In this document: in pieces, positions 41,327-50,625 of the stretch
Layout: each line of letters begins with the position of its first letter
Numbering within the stretch: the stretch's first letter is position 1
NCBI GenBank assembly: GCA_049512935.1
Contig: JBEKWR010000005.1
Location: forward strand, 1 to 64,000
Source of the DNA: Candidatus Bathyarchaeia archaeon
GTDB lineage: Archaea > Thermoproteota > Bathyarchaeia > Bathyarchaeales > Bathycorpusculaceae
DNA length: 64,000 nucleotides
Reading direction: 5' to 3'
The notes under the pieces: model-generated
What the model was told of the DNA's origin: nothing
What the model saw: only the letters and a program-made list of their open reading frames with translations
Database searches by the model: none
Made by a program: the position numbers and the translations under genes

Positions 41327-41475
41327 AGAGGACCAACTCTTTTTTTATCAATATTGTCGGGAAGCTATAAAAAGCCAAGATAATTTTTGAGCGCTCACCT
41401 TTTTCAAACATGGTAAATTTGGGTATATTCTGGGGAAAATTTAAGTGAAAGCTAAACGTCATCTAAAGAAAACTA

Positions 41476-42558
41476 TTGGTGAATAATTTGTATTGTCCCA
41501 ATTGTGGCACTCAGCTGCCAGATGAAACGAAATTCTGCACTAAATGCGGAAAAAGCACAACGGTAAACGCTTCCAACCCGGCTAAGACGGCTTCTTCCGG
41601 GCCAGTCGTTGCGCCGTCAGGGGCGACGTCGCTGAAGTGTCCCAGCTGCGGGGCGCCGATCGCGCCCAAGTTCGGCGAGATGGTTATAACGTGCCAGTAC
41701 TGTGGCAGCGGAGTCACCCTTAGCGACCAAGGCTGGACCAACATACAGAAGCAGACGATGCTCACGTTGAAGGTTGCCACGGTTGAGCAGGCAACCGCGA
41801 TAATCAAGCCGCTGGTGAACAACGGCATCCTGCACAGGCACCGCCTTGAAGACTCCAAGCAGGAGGAGCTGAGCCTCACCTACGTGCCCTACTGGATCGT
41901 AAGCGTTTCCGCACGCACAAGCATCACCGTTGCAAACCAAGCCGCCCAACTTGCCCAAACCGCAACGGCAGCCGCGTTGGCAGGCGTAATCTTCGGCGGA
42001 ATGGGGGGAGGCTTCGGCGGCGGGGGAGGAAGACGAGGCGGCAGAGGAGGCAGACGTGCTTTTGAAGGTCAATTGGCAATGGACAACCCGTTTGCGGGAA
42101 TTCTGGGTTTGAAGCGGCTTAGGATAATGGCGTTCGGGATGGGGATGGGGCGCGGAGGCGGGAACAAGAAAGCCGAGCAGATGGATGAAAACTACAATTT
42201 CCCAGTTATCGCCCTCAAGGCGCTCACGGATTATCAGCCGCACGACTACCAATTCAACCTTGAAGGCAGAGAACTCTTCGACATTGGAAAGCTTCCTAAA
42301 GAATTTAAGATCCTTAACGGCGACATAAGCGAAGAAGGCGCCAAAACCCAAGCCAAAACCCTGGTTGATCAGCTTCAGTCGCAGAAGGCTCACGCGAAAT
42401 ATCAGTCGATCCAGTCGATAAATACGGATCTTGACGTCGGCGACGTGGAGCTGCTTCACGTTCCAGTGTGGTTCGCAAGGTTCGACAATAAAGGCAAAAA
42501 AATGGTGCTGGTCATCGACGCCAACTCGGGCAAGGTAATCAACAGCAGCGGCCTATAG
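41476..42558 (+). CDS. double zinc-ribbon protein with a Gly/Arg-rich insert
   Basis: CPNCG/CTKCG and CPSCG/CQYCG pairs; YVPYW, HVPVW and IDANSG motifs. Confidence 0.78.
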   Translation: MVNNLYCPNCGTQLPDETKFCTKCGKSTTVNASNPAKTASSGPVVAPSGATSLKCPSCGAPIAPKFGEMVITCQYCGSGVTLSDQGWTNIQKQTMLTLKVATVEQATAIIKPLVNNGILHRHRLEDSKQEELSLTYVPYWIVSVSARTSITVANQAAQLAQTATAAALAGVIFGGMGGGFGGGGGRRGGRGGRRAFEGQLAMDNPFAGILGLKRLRIMAFGMGMGRGGGNKKAEQMDENYNFPVIALKALTDYQPHDYQFNLEGRELFDIGKLPKEFKILNGDISEEGAKTQAKTLVDQLQSQKAHAKYQSIQSINTDLDVGDVELLHVPVWFARFDNKGKKMVLVIDANSGKVINSSGL

Positions 42559-42610
42559 ACGACGCCTGCCGCATCCACTTGTTATCCCCGAATTTCTAAA
42601 AGTGTTTTTC

Positions 42611-42661
42611 AGTACATTGTAATGTACTAATAATTGAATTATCAGTACATTGGGATGTACA
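42611..42661. repeat. pair of palindromic 18-bp sites 33 bp apart
   Basis: AGTACATT gt AATGTACT (42611-42628) and AGTACATTGGGATGTACA (42644-42661). Confidence 0.65.
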
Positions 42662-42717
42662 CAAATGATAAATTCAAGAAAAATAGGGAAATGAAGTCCC
42701 GTCCAGAAGGCTATTCA

Positions 42718-43158
42718 CTATTGCGCGCTGTCTTCTTGTGGCGGCTTTGCTTCCATCGATGGATCTTTTGTTTCGTCGCTTTTGCCCTGAGCCGCTTTGA
42801 CCTCCGCCAGGAGCCTTTCCAGTTCATCTAAGTCTTCGTCGATCTGCCGCTCGTCATACCGTTTTGATAGATTGCCCATGACCATTCCAATGTTCGCCGC
42901 CACCTGCGCCCACATCTGCCGCTCCTTAGGAGTAATAGGCTGCACCTTGTCGCCGAACTGTTGCTGCGTAACCTTGCCCTTCGCGATCGAAGTAGCCATG
43001 CTGAATAACTCATCAAGCTCGCCAATCCAGCGGTTCCTCAAATCCTGCGTGTCAACCTTCACGTCCCGCTGAAGATGACAAATACGCCTATAGACCTGAA
43101 CAGAAAAACCCGATTTACGCCTCATATACACTCTCACCTCCCGAAATTTTTGTTCCAT
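42718..43158 (-). CDS. hypothetical helical protein
   Basis: 146-aa ORF with a basic N-terminus and an acidic C-terminal helix. Confidence 0.6.
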   Translation of the reverse strand: MEQKFREVRVYMRRKSGFSVQVYRRICHLQRDVKVDTQDLRNRWIGELDELFSMATSIAKGKVTQQQFGDKVQPITPKERQMWAQVAANIGMVMGNLSKRYDERQIDEDLDELERLLAEVKAAQGKSDETKDPSMEAKPPQEDSAQ

Positions 43159-43574
43159 TTTGAAAAGTTGTTAATTCGAAAATAGCCTAGAAAATGCAGA
43201 AAAACCAAGCGAAAAGAAGCCCACAAATTTCTAATCTGTTTCACGCAAAACGTCAGCTAAGCGCCACTCAAAGGCGGCAAAAGAAAACAGGCGCCATCCA
43301 AAGCGCGCACCCGCAAGTTTTCTATTGATTTCAATTGAAGCAGGAACTTAAAAGCGTTACGAAATTCCCGAAATCGGTTCTGGTGCTTCCTGTAAAAATC
43401 TTCTCCATGTAAACTTTCGGTTAGGGTGTTAAGAATCAAGTGATATTTCTGTTGTCTCAAAAAGGACTGTTAACCTTAAGGCGATAGAATGACCGCTTGT
43501 TGTATCCTTCTGTTGCCCACAAACCTTTATACTAACAAAACTCGACTAGCAATTGAGCGTTAGCTTCTCGGACG

Positions 43575-43772
43575 GTGTCTTTTTCTTTGACTAAATGTCC
43601 CCATTGCGGAGAAAAAACTTCAAAACCTAACAAATCATTCGAAAACGAAGATTTCCAAATTCACGCCTATACATGTAAAGTATGCGGAGCAAGTTTCAAA
43701 GAAACAAGAGACGGTTTTGGTTCTGAAATCATATCGAGTGACCCACAAAAAGAAACTATGCTTTCTTGCTAG
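43575..43772 (+). CDS. small CPxCG zinc-finger protein
   Basis: CPHCG...CKVCG; TTTATA box upstream. Confidence 0.6.
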   Translation: MSFSLTKCPHCGEKTSKPNKSFENEDFQIHAYTCKVCGASFKETRDGFGSEIISSDPQKETMLSC

Positions 43773-43855
43773 CCATTCTGTATCAAGGTTAGCCACTTGT
43801 TTTTTCCCTCAATTTTGTGTCTTCACCCAAGTTCAAGTTGTAAGCGACCGTAAGT

Positions 43856-44506
43856 TTATGGTCTCCGAAAGGTGTCCCCTGATTCCCAAAGGTCAATCGT
43901 TCCAACACATGGAGCATAGACGTTCTCAAATTCATATTGATTGCTGATCGTCCGCATGGCTGCAAAGGCACGTATGTGACTTTTTGGAAAAGCATCTACC
44001 AACCGATTTGCAGCACCTAGAAGGGTTGCTCCACGAGTAACTACATCATCGACTAACAAAATTTCTTCTGGTTTATAGAGGCTTCCTTGGACACTCATCG
44101 ATTCATAATGTTGCTCTGCAGTTGGCCTCTCACTTGGTGAACTTGATGCTGCCTTCGGCACAGGTTTAGCCCTAACGAGGAATGAGGCAACATCTTTTCC
44201 AATGCCTTTCATGACTAGGGCAGTTGCAATTCGTTGTGGGACCCATAGTGTGTTTGGCTGCATCAAAGAACTCCTTGGGACAGGAACTAAGATCGTGTTT
44301 GGTTGAAAAAATGACGCAAATGGAAGTTCAGCCATTTTTCGTTGTATTGTCTGTGCTATCCATTCTGACATCAATGTCGGTGGTGTGCCTACGAATCCGT
44401 CCCTCTTAAGTGCAAGCATAACATCCTTAGAGTGCCGTATTTCTGGGGAATCCCCATGAGGCGCGTAAGTTAAGAGTGCACCAAACTCAAGTTGAGAGAG
44501 ATTCAT
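43856..44506 (-). CDS. phosphoribosyltransferase-fold (ComF-like) protein
   Basis: LVPVPRS and ILLVDDVVTRGATL PRPP-binding motifs; no ComF zinc ribbon. Confidence 0.85.
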   Translation of the reverse strand: MNLSQLEFGALLTYAPHGDSPEIRHSKDVMLALKRDGFVGTPPTLMSEWIAQTIQRKMAELPFASFFQPNTILVPVPRSSLMQPNTLWVPQRIATALVMKGIGKDVASFLVRAKPVPKAASSSPSERPTAEQHYESMSVQGSLYKPEEILLVDDVVTRGATLLGAANRLVDAFPKSHIRAFAAMRTISNQYEFENVYAPCVGTIDLWESGDTFRRP

Positions 44507-44509
44507 GTT

Positions 44510-45199
44510 TCATGGAACCACTTCAAGGATTCTTTCCCGAGAGGGTAAAACATCCAGCACTTCTTCTGGGTCTGTGAATTCTATTGCGCCATACATAGCC
44601 ATCTTTTTTGGCCAGTTCAATGAAGGGTCATGCATGATGGGACTCCAAATGAATAGCGGTCGTCCAAGCCTGAGAGCTTCCCATCCTTGATGCAGAGAAC
44701 CGCTGGCATCCCCAGCCTCAACAATAATTGAGGCATCAGAGATAAGTGCCATTGTTCGATTTCTGAGAACGAAATTCTTTGGCTGAATCGGGTATCCAAT
44801 TGGAAATTGGGAAATGATCAAGTGATGACGCATAATGACTTCTTGAAGTTGTAGGTTTTTTCGTGGGTAAACTCGATCCAATGGCGTCCCAAGAACCGCG
44901 ATTGTATGTCCACCTTCTTCAATGGCAGCTTTGTGTGCCGAAGTGTCAATTCCCTCAGCAAGCCCGCTAACAACTATTACACTATGTCTTGCAAGGGTTC
45001 TTGCAATGTTGCCAGCTGCGTTAAGACCTCTAAGAGAGGCTTTCCGTGAGCCTATGACTGCGACTCTTGGACTTGGTAATGGAATCGACAGTTGCCCTAT
45101 AACATAGAGTTCTTTTGGTGCATATTTCTTTTCCACGTCGTTCAGTGGGCCAATAAGCTCTTCGAGGCTATAAGTGGAAGTGCTTATCCCTGTTAGCAT
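44510..45199 (-). CDS. short DprA/SMF-family protein (Rossmann-fold core only)
   Basis: VAVIGSR, VSGLAEGIDT.AH, FVLRNR and VEAG..SGS motifs. Confidence 0.9.
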   Translation of the reverse strand: MLTGISTSTYSLEELIGPLNDVEKKYAPKELYVIGQLSIPLPSPRVAVIGSRKASLRGLNAAGNIARTLARHSVIVVSGLAEGIDTSAHKAAIEEGGHTIAVLGTPLDRVYPRKNLQLQEVIMRHHLIISQFPIGYPIQPKNFVLRNRTMALISDASIIVEAGDASGSLHQGWEALRLGRPLFIWSPIMHDPSLNWPKKMAMYGAIEFTDPEEVLDVLPSRERILEVVP

Positions 45200-45519
45200 C
45201 TCCTCATCGTCTCCCTTGAAAAACAGTGTAGTTAGTAATCTTAAGAATATTATAACACTATCGGTAGGGTTGACCGAATATCCTTTTTAAGAAAATATTG
45301 TAGAAAAAATGGAGACCTAACCTTTCATTCACATTTTGAATTGACGTTTTTCAATTGTTTTCTCCTTCCTTGGCTATTCCGCATACTTCGCTTGGGGTCT
45401 TGCCGTCTAAGGCTTCATGCGGTCGAAAGTTATTGTGGAATAGCTGATGACCTGTTAGAACGGCTTTTTCGTTCCGTGGGAATTCTGAGTTCAGGAAGCC
45501 TCAAAAAACCGAGGCAACC

Positions 45520-46119
45520 TCAATTTGTTTTGAAGAGTGGGAGGCTTTTGCGTTTCTTGAAGACCGCGCAAGCCGCTAGACAGGCTGCTAATGCGAGGAA
45601 ACCGCCCAAAGCGTACTCGGGAAGCGGAAATGTAATGCCGCCGCCCATGACAAAGCCGTTAACGTCAATTCCTGAGTAAGCGGTGTATGACTGCCCCGCA
45701 GCAAGCGTTAAACTCCAGGTCTTTGGACTCCATACATCAGCACCATTATAATCAAGGTGCGTTACTGTTAGCGTAACACTTCCGCCTGAAGGGTCGAATA
45801 CTTCAACATTGAAGTTGTGCCCGCCGCCTTCAAATCCATTATCGGCCCACAGTTGGACTTCTTGAGGGCTTATCACGAATGCATAAACATTAGAACCATC
45901 ATCAGCAGGATAGGTATTGGTGCTTGTAGAGGGCGAGGTATAGCCTGCTTGGTAGCCATTGTCAGGATCGATTACAAGGATGTAGGCGTTGGCGGAATCA
46001 ACTTTAATATCAACCATCTAATGAGGAACCGCTGCTTTGACTTCGCCTGCCAAAAAAGGCACAGCTAACAACAAAACTATCACGGTTAGAGTTGCAAATA
46101 GACCAGTTGTTTTCCTCGT
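45520..46119 (-). pseudogene. secreted PEF-CTERM-like protein interrupted by an in-frame TAG, with ACG at the start position
   Basis: (ACG)RKTTGLFATLTVIVLLLAVPFLAGEVKAAVPH-TAG(46018-46020)-MVDIK...LPEY-TM-KKRK, all in one frame. Confidence 0.65.
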
Positions 46120-46254
46120 TTCTTTCCTCTCCTCGTAATCAAGTGAAATGTCTTTGCTTATAAAACAATATGAAGCAAAACTGTTTGTTTTCTATGTGCC
46201 AACGTATGCAAACTTATCAAGATAAAACGACGAAGCCCTAAACCATGGAAAAGG

Positions 46255-46788
46255 TTAACGGGGTAAGATTTGCTCCATTAGGATTCTGTCGGCGTAGGTT
46301 CCGTCCGCGAACTTGATGTCGCGCTTTAGTTTTCCGCATTTTTTGAAGCCACATTTTCTGTAAACGTGCACCGCCCGCTTGTTGTTGGAGAAAGCGGAAA
46401 GCTGAATGGTTTCGAAATGGCTTTTCTTGGCGATTTCGATGAACACTTTTAGGATGAGTGTTCCAAGCCCCATGTTGCGGTGGCTTTCAACTATAGAGAT
46501 GCCGAATTCCGCGACGTGTGCTCTTTTGCCTGTGAAAGGCGTCATGCCTGCGCTGCCGACTACTTTACCGTCTACTCTGACGACAAGAGAGCGCATTCCA
46601 GCTTCCTGGCTTTCCCTGAACCAGCGTCGCTCCGCTTCCATGTCGGTTAGTTCCTTGTCCATCAGCAGGTACTTGTCTTCCCGAATCACGCTGTTGAGCG
46701 CCTCCATCACCTCGGGCAGGTCGCCCTCTTCCAGCCAACTCAATGACGCCGTCTGCCCATTTCTCAAAGTCACGGTTTTGTACAGCAA
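46255..46788 (-). CDS. GNAT-family N-acetyltransferase
   Basis: FGISI...HRNMGLGT and N.RA...Y.KCGF motifs. Confidence 0.9.
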   Translation of the reverse strand: MLYKTVTLRNGQTASLSWLEEGDLPEVMEALNSVIREDKYLLMDKELTDMEAERRWFRESQEAGMRSLVVRVDGKVVGSAGMTPFTGKRAHVAEFGISIVESHRNMGLGTLILKVFIEIAKKSHFETIQLSAFSNNKRAVHVYRKCGFKKCGKLKRDIKFADGTYADRILMEQILPR

Positions 46789-46853
46789 GGGATTTCACGG
46801 CTCTATCTATTGCAAGGATTCATTGATAAAACATTGCGTGCCAACCAGCCTCG

Positions 46854-47138
46854 CTACGCTGGTTCAAGCGTTACTTCCGCCACGTAGCCAGCCAGGCTTG
46901 CCCCTTCAGCCGCGAAGAGGCCCCGCACCAGCTTGGGTATGGTTATTCTTCCGTTTTTGTTCATTTTTGCGTAAAAAAACTGCCAGCCTTTGTGCAGGTC
47001 TAAAAAGTTTACGCCGACTTTCAGCGCCTGGTCAGACTCCAACTTGAAGCGCCAGCGAATTAGCTTGGGGATCTGCACTGTGTTTGTGGTTTGGAGGGCT
47101 GCGGTGAAGGTGACTTTTTCTGTTAGCGGCATATGCAT
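46854..47138 (-). CDS. tandem AbrB/MazE/SpoVT-like DNA-binding protein
   Basis: Two swapped-hairpin-like repeats: F...LQTTNTVQIPKLIR and FYAKMNKNGRITIPKLVR. Confidence 0.7.
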   Translation of the reverse strand: MHMPLTEKVTFTAALQTTNTVQIPKLIRWRFKLESDQALKVGVNFLDLHKGWQFFYAKMNKNGRITIPKLVRGLFAAEGASLAGYVAEVTLEPA

Positions 47139-47170
47139 CGTGCAGTATTCTCTTCGGCGAAGGCGTTAAT

Positions 47171-47345
47171 AAACGCTGACCAACGCTAATCCACGGGATT
47201 CAACGGGAAAACACGGGAAACAACGGGAACCCACGGGATTCAACGGGAAAAAACGTGACCTGCCAACCCAGCAAACCCCAAACCAAAAAAGCAACCCAAA
47301 ACAAACCCAACAAAAACCAGACGCAAAACCGCCCAGAAACCCATC
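47171..47345 (+). repeat. 10-bp phased array plus C/A tract containing island-edge motif copy 2
   Basis: Nine decamers nnACGnnnnn at 47171-47260 (six contain ACGGGA), then CCAAACCAAAAAAGCAACCCAAAACA at 47278-47303. Confidence 0.85.
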
Positions 47346-47352
47346 GAGCCCT

Positions 47353-50300
47353 CTACCACATCTTCCAGGGCAAGTCATCCATGTACTCGTTGAGCGAGCG
47401 AATCGAGTTGCCGTTCTCGCTTTTATGCTTAAGCACATCCACCAGGGCAGCCGCCAACTGCAGGTTAGTTATAACCGGCACGTTGAACTCTACTGCTTGA
47501 CGCCGAATGATGTAGCCGTCAGTCAAGATATCGCTGTAACTGGTCTGCTTGTTAGCCATCGGCACATTAATCACCAAGTCAATCTTACGCTCCTGCAAAT
47601 AATCCAACACATTAGGAGAAACCCCAGCCTCCTTAACCTTAAAAAGCTTCACAGCAGCAACCCCCGACGCGTTAAGCACGTCAGCCGTATGATCCGTCGC
47701 GTAAATCTTGAAGCCCATGTCGACAAAAGCCCGCGCTATCGGCACAACCCGCCTCTTGCGTTCAATACTACCGCCGACGCTGATGAAAACCACACCGTCC
47801 CTGTCCGGGATACTGAACTCCGCCGAACGCAAAGCCTTACTGAAAGCATCCGAAAAGTTCTCACCCAAACATGCAACCTCACCAGTGCTAAGCATTTCAA
47901 CTCCGAGGACAGGATCGGCGCCGCTCAAACGCATGAAACTGAACTGCGGAACCTTCACGCCCACGTGATTAGCCACCGTCATAGGCGACAGCTTCACATC
48001 AATCTTCTTGCCAAGCATCGCCAAAGTCGCCAGCTCAATCAGGTTTACTCCCCGGGTTTTGCTGACAAACGGCATCGACCGCGACGCCCGCAAGTTACAT
48101 TCGATAACGTTAACCACGTCATCCTTAACCAAGTACTGAATGTTGTATGGCCCATGGATCTTGAGCGCCTTAACGATGCGCTGCGTGCAATCCTCAATTT
48201 TCTGCTGAACCTCAATCTTCAACGCCTGAGGAGGAATAGTCATGGTCGCGTCGCCGCTGTGAACACCAGCGTACTCCACATGCTCCATTATCGCGCCGAT
48301 AAACACGTTCTCCCCGTCAGAGACACCGTCCACCTCAACTTCCTTGGCGTGCTCAATGAACTTGCTGATTACAACAGGATGGTCACGCGAAACTTTCGCA
48401 GCCAGCTTTAAGAAGTTCTCAAGCGACTCCGCATTATAAGCCACACGCATCGCCGAACCAGACAGCACATAGCTCGGACGCACAATAACGGGGTAACCTA
48501 TTTTCTCCGCAAACCGCTTAGCCTCACCGATCGACAGAAGCTTACTCCAGCTTGGCTGGCAAATCTGGAGCTGATCAAGCAGCGCACTGAACTTGGAGCG
48601 GTCTTCAGCCAAATCAACGTTTTCAGCTGACGTGCCGAGCAGTTTGACGCCTGCTTCCGAAAGCCCCATGGCGAGGTTGTTTGGAATCTGACCGCCGACG
48701 CTGGTTATGACGCCCATCGGGTTCTCTTTCTCGTAGATGTCCAAGATCCGCTCGATGGTAAGCTCCTCGAAGTAGAGTTTGTCTGAAACATCGTAATCCG
48801 TTGAGACTGTCTCAGGGTTGTAGTTGACCATGATGGCTTCTTGAATGCCGTTCTTCTTGAGCGCCCAAATCGTGTTGACGCCGCACCAGTCAAACTCCAC
48901 GCTTGAGCCTATCCTGAAGACCCCAGCGCCTAAAACAATAACTTTGCTTATACCACTTTTGAGTTCGATGTCGTCCTCGTCTCCGCCGTAGGTGAGATAG
49001 AGGTAGTTCGTTTTCGCCGGCCACTCAGCCGCCAACGTATCGATCTGCTTGATGACAGGAAGTATGTTCGCGTTTTTCCTAAATGTTCTGATCGTGGATT
49101 CATCAGTGTTCTGGCACACGGCTATTTGCTCGTCTGAGAAGCCAATGCGTTTGGCTTCCCGAACGACTTCAGCAGCGCAGCCGTCGCCAAGGTTTAACTG
49201 CCTGAGTTCCTTTTCCATGTCTATGATGTTTTGAATCTTGTTTAGGAAAAAGGGGTCTACGCCGCTTAAACGGTAAATTTCAGCGATAGGTATTCCCATC
49301 TTTAAGGCTTTAACAATCTTGTAGAGACGCTCGTCAGTAGGGTTCGCAAGCACGTCGCGAATTCTCGCTTCTGACTCTGGCTCTGAATCTTCAGGGTTGC
49401 AAACCAAGCCTATCTTGCCCGTATCCAACATGCGAACGGCTTTCTGCAGCGCCTCTTCGAAACAGCGGCCGATCGACATTACTTCGCCTACAGAACGCAT
49501 CTGAGGACCAACATGGCGGTCAGCGTTCTTGAACTTCTGCAGGTCCCACCGCGGAATCTTTACGGTTATGTAGTCTAAGGCTGGTTCGAAGCAGGCGGTT
49601 GTAACTTCAGTCACTTTGTTGATGAGCTCAGGCAGCAAATAGCCCAACGTCAGCTTCGTCGCTATGTAAGCCAACGGGTACCCAGTCACTTTGCTGGCCA
49701 AGGCGCTGCTTCGGGACATTCGCGAGTTAACTTCGATTACACGATACTCTTCAGACTTCGGATGCAGAGCCCACTGAATGTTGCATTCGCCCACGATGCC
49801 TAAAGCGCGGATAGCATTTATCGACGTTGAACGGATAAGATGATACTCCCTGTTAGACAATGTCTGCGACGGCGCAACCACTATTGAGTCGCCCGTGTGC
49901 ACACCCATCGGGTCGAAGTTTTCCATGTTGCAGACGGTTAAGCAGTTGTCCGCGTAGTCCCGCATAACCTCGTACTCGACTTCTTTCCAGTGCCCAACAT
50001 ACTCCTCGATGAGAACTTGGCAGATTCTGCTTTGAGCCAAACCGCGAGTTGCCACTTCTTTCAGTTCTTCACAGTTATGGGCTACACCCGCCCCCTTGCC
50101 GCCGAGAGTGTAGGCAACCCGAACTATGACTGGGTAACCAATCTCGTTAGCCACGTCCAAGGCTTGCTGGACGCTTGTGGCTGACTTGCTATTCAACGGC
50201 GGAACATTTGCCTTAAGCATTGCTTGGCGGAAGCGTTCGCGGTCACCTGTGTCTTCTATTGAGTGTATGGGTGTGCCTAAAACTTTGCAGTTGTACTTTT

Positions 50301-50625
50301 GCAAGATGCCTTTTTTCTCAAGTTCCACGCCGCAGTTCAAGGCAGTTTGTCCGCCGAAGCCTAACAAGATGCCGTCGGGACGTTCTTTTTCGATGACTTT
50401 CTCAACGTATTCAGGAGTAACGGGTAAAAGGTAAACTTTGCCTGACAGGCGCGGGTCAGTCTGGATAGTCGCGATGTTTGGGTTAACCAAAACGGTTTCT
50501 ATGCCCTCTTCCTTCAAAGCCTTGAGGCATTGGCTGCCTGAATAGTCAAATTCGGCTGCTTCACCGATCTTTATGGCGCCGCTGCCGAGAACCAGCACCT
50601 TCTTTATCCAGTCGAACTTTGGCAT
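47353..50625 (-). CDS. carB: carbamoyl-phosphate synthase large subunit
   Basis: GSGAIKIGEAAEFDYSG, duplicated ATP-grasp domains, C-terminal MGS domain. Confidence 0.97.
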   Translation of the reverse strand: MPKFDWIKKVLVLGSGAIKIGEAAEFDYSGSQCLKALKEEGIETVLVNPNIATIQTDPRLSGKVYLLPVTPEYVEKVIEKERPDGILLGFGGQTALNCGVELEKKGILQKYNCKVLGTPIHSIEDTGDRERFRQAMLKANVPPLNSKSATSVQQALDVANEIGYPVIVRVAYTLGGKGAGVAHNCEELKEVATRGLAQSRICQVLIEEYVGHWKEVEYEVMRDYADNCLTVCNMENFDPMGVHTGDSIVVAPSQTLSNREYHLIRSTSINAIRALGIVGECNIQWALHPKSEEYRVIEVNSRMSRSSALASKVTGYPLAYIATKLTLGYLLPELINKVTEVTTACFEPALDYITVKIPRWDLQKFKNADRHVGPQMRSVGEVMSIGRCFEEALQKAVRMLDTGKIGLVCNPEDSEPESEARIRDVLANPTDERLYKIVKALKMGIPIAEIYRLSGVDPFFLNKIQNIIDMEKELRQLNLGDGCAAEVVREAKRIGFSDEQIAVCQNTDESTIRTFRKNANILPVIKQIDTLAAEWPAKTNYLYLTYGGDEDDIELKSGISKVIVLGAGVFRIGSSVEFDWCGVNTIWALKKNGIQEAIMVNYNPETVSTDYDVSDKLYFEELTIERILDIYEKENPMGVITSVGGQIPNNLAMGLSEAGVKLLGTSAENVDLAEDRSKFSALLDQLQICQPSWSKLLSIGEAKRFAEKIGYPVIVRPSYVLSGSAMRVAYNAESLENFLKLAAKVSRDHPVVISKFIEHAKEVEVDGVSDGENVFIGAIMEHVEYAGVHSGDATMTIPPQALKIEVQQKIEDCTQRIVKALKIHGPYNIQYLVKDDVVNVIECNLRASRSMPFVSKTRGVNLIELATLAMLGKKIDVKLSPMTVANHVGVKVPQFSFMRLSGADPVLGVEMLSTGEVACLGENFSDAFSKALRSAEFSIPDRDGVVFISVGGSIERKRRVVPIARAFVDMGFKIYATDHTADVLNASGVAAVKLFKVKEAGVSPNVLDYLQERKIDLVINVPMANKQTSYSDILTDGYIIRRQAVEFNVPVITNLQLAAALVDVLKHKSENGNSIRSLNEYMDDLPWKMW

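Noticed and set aside
42718-43158. 146-aa ORF as a proviral terminase small subunit
   Set aside because: No diagnostic motif, and no large terminase, portal or capsid gene in the window
47171-47260. Decamer arrays (also 60060-60139) and the 55-bp elements as CRISPR arrays
   Set aside because: No 24-47 bp repeats separated by unique spacers of regular length, and no cas genes
47425-48411. Long antisense ORFs (328 aa here; also 41617-42459, 26906-27577, 24603-25229)
   Set aside because: They are shadows of well-supported genes on the opposite strand and have no recognisable motifs
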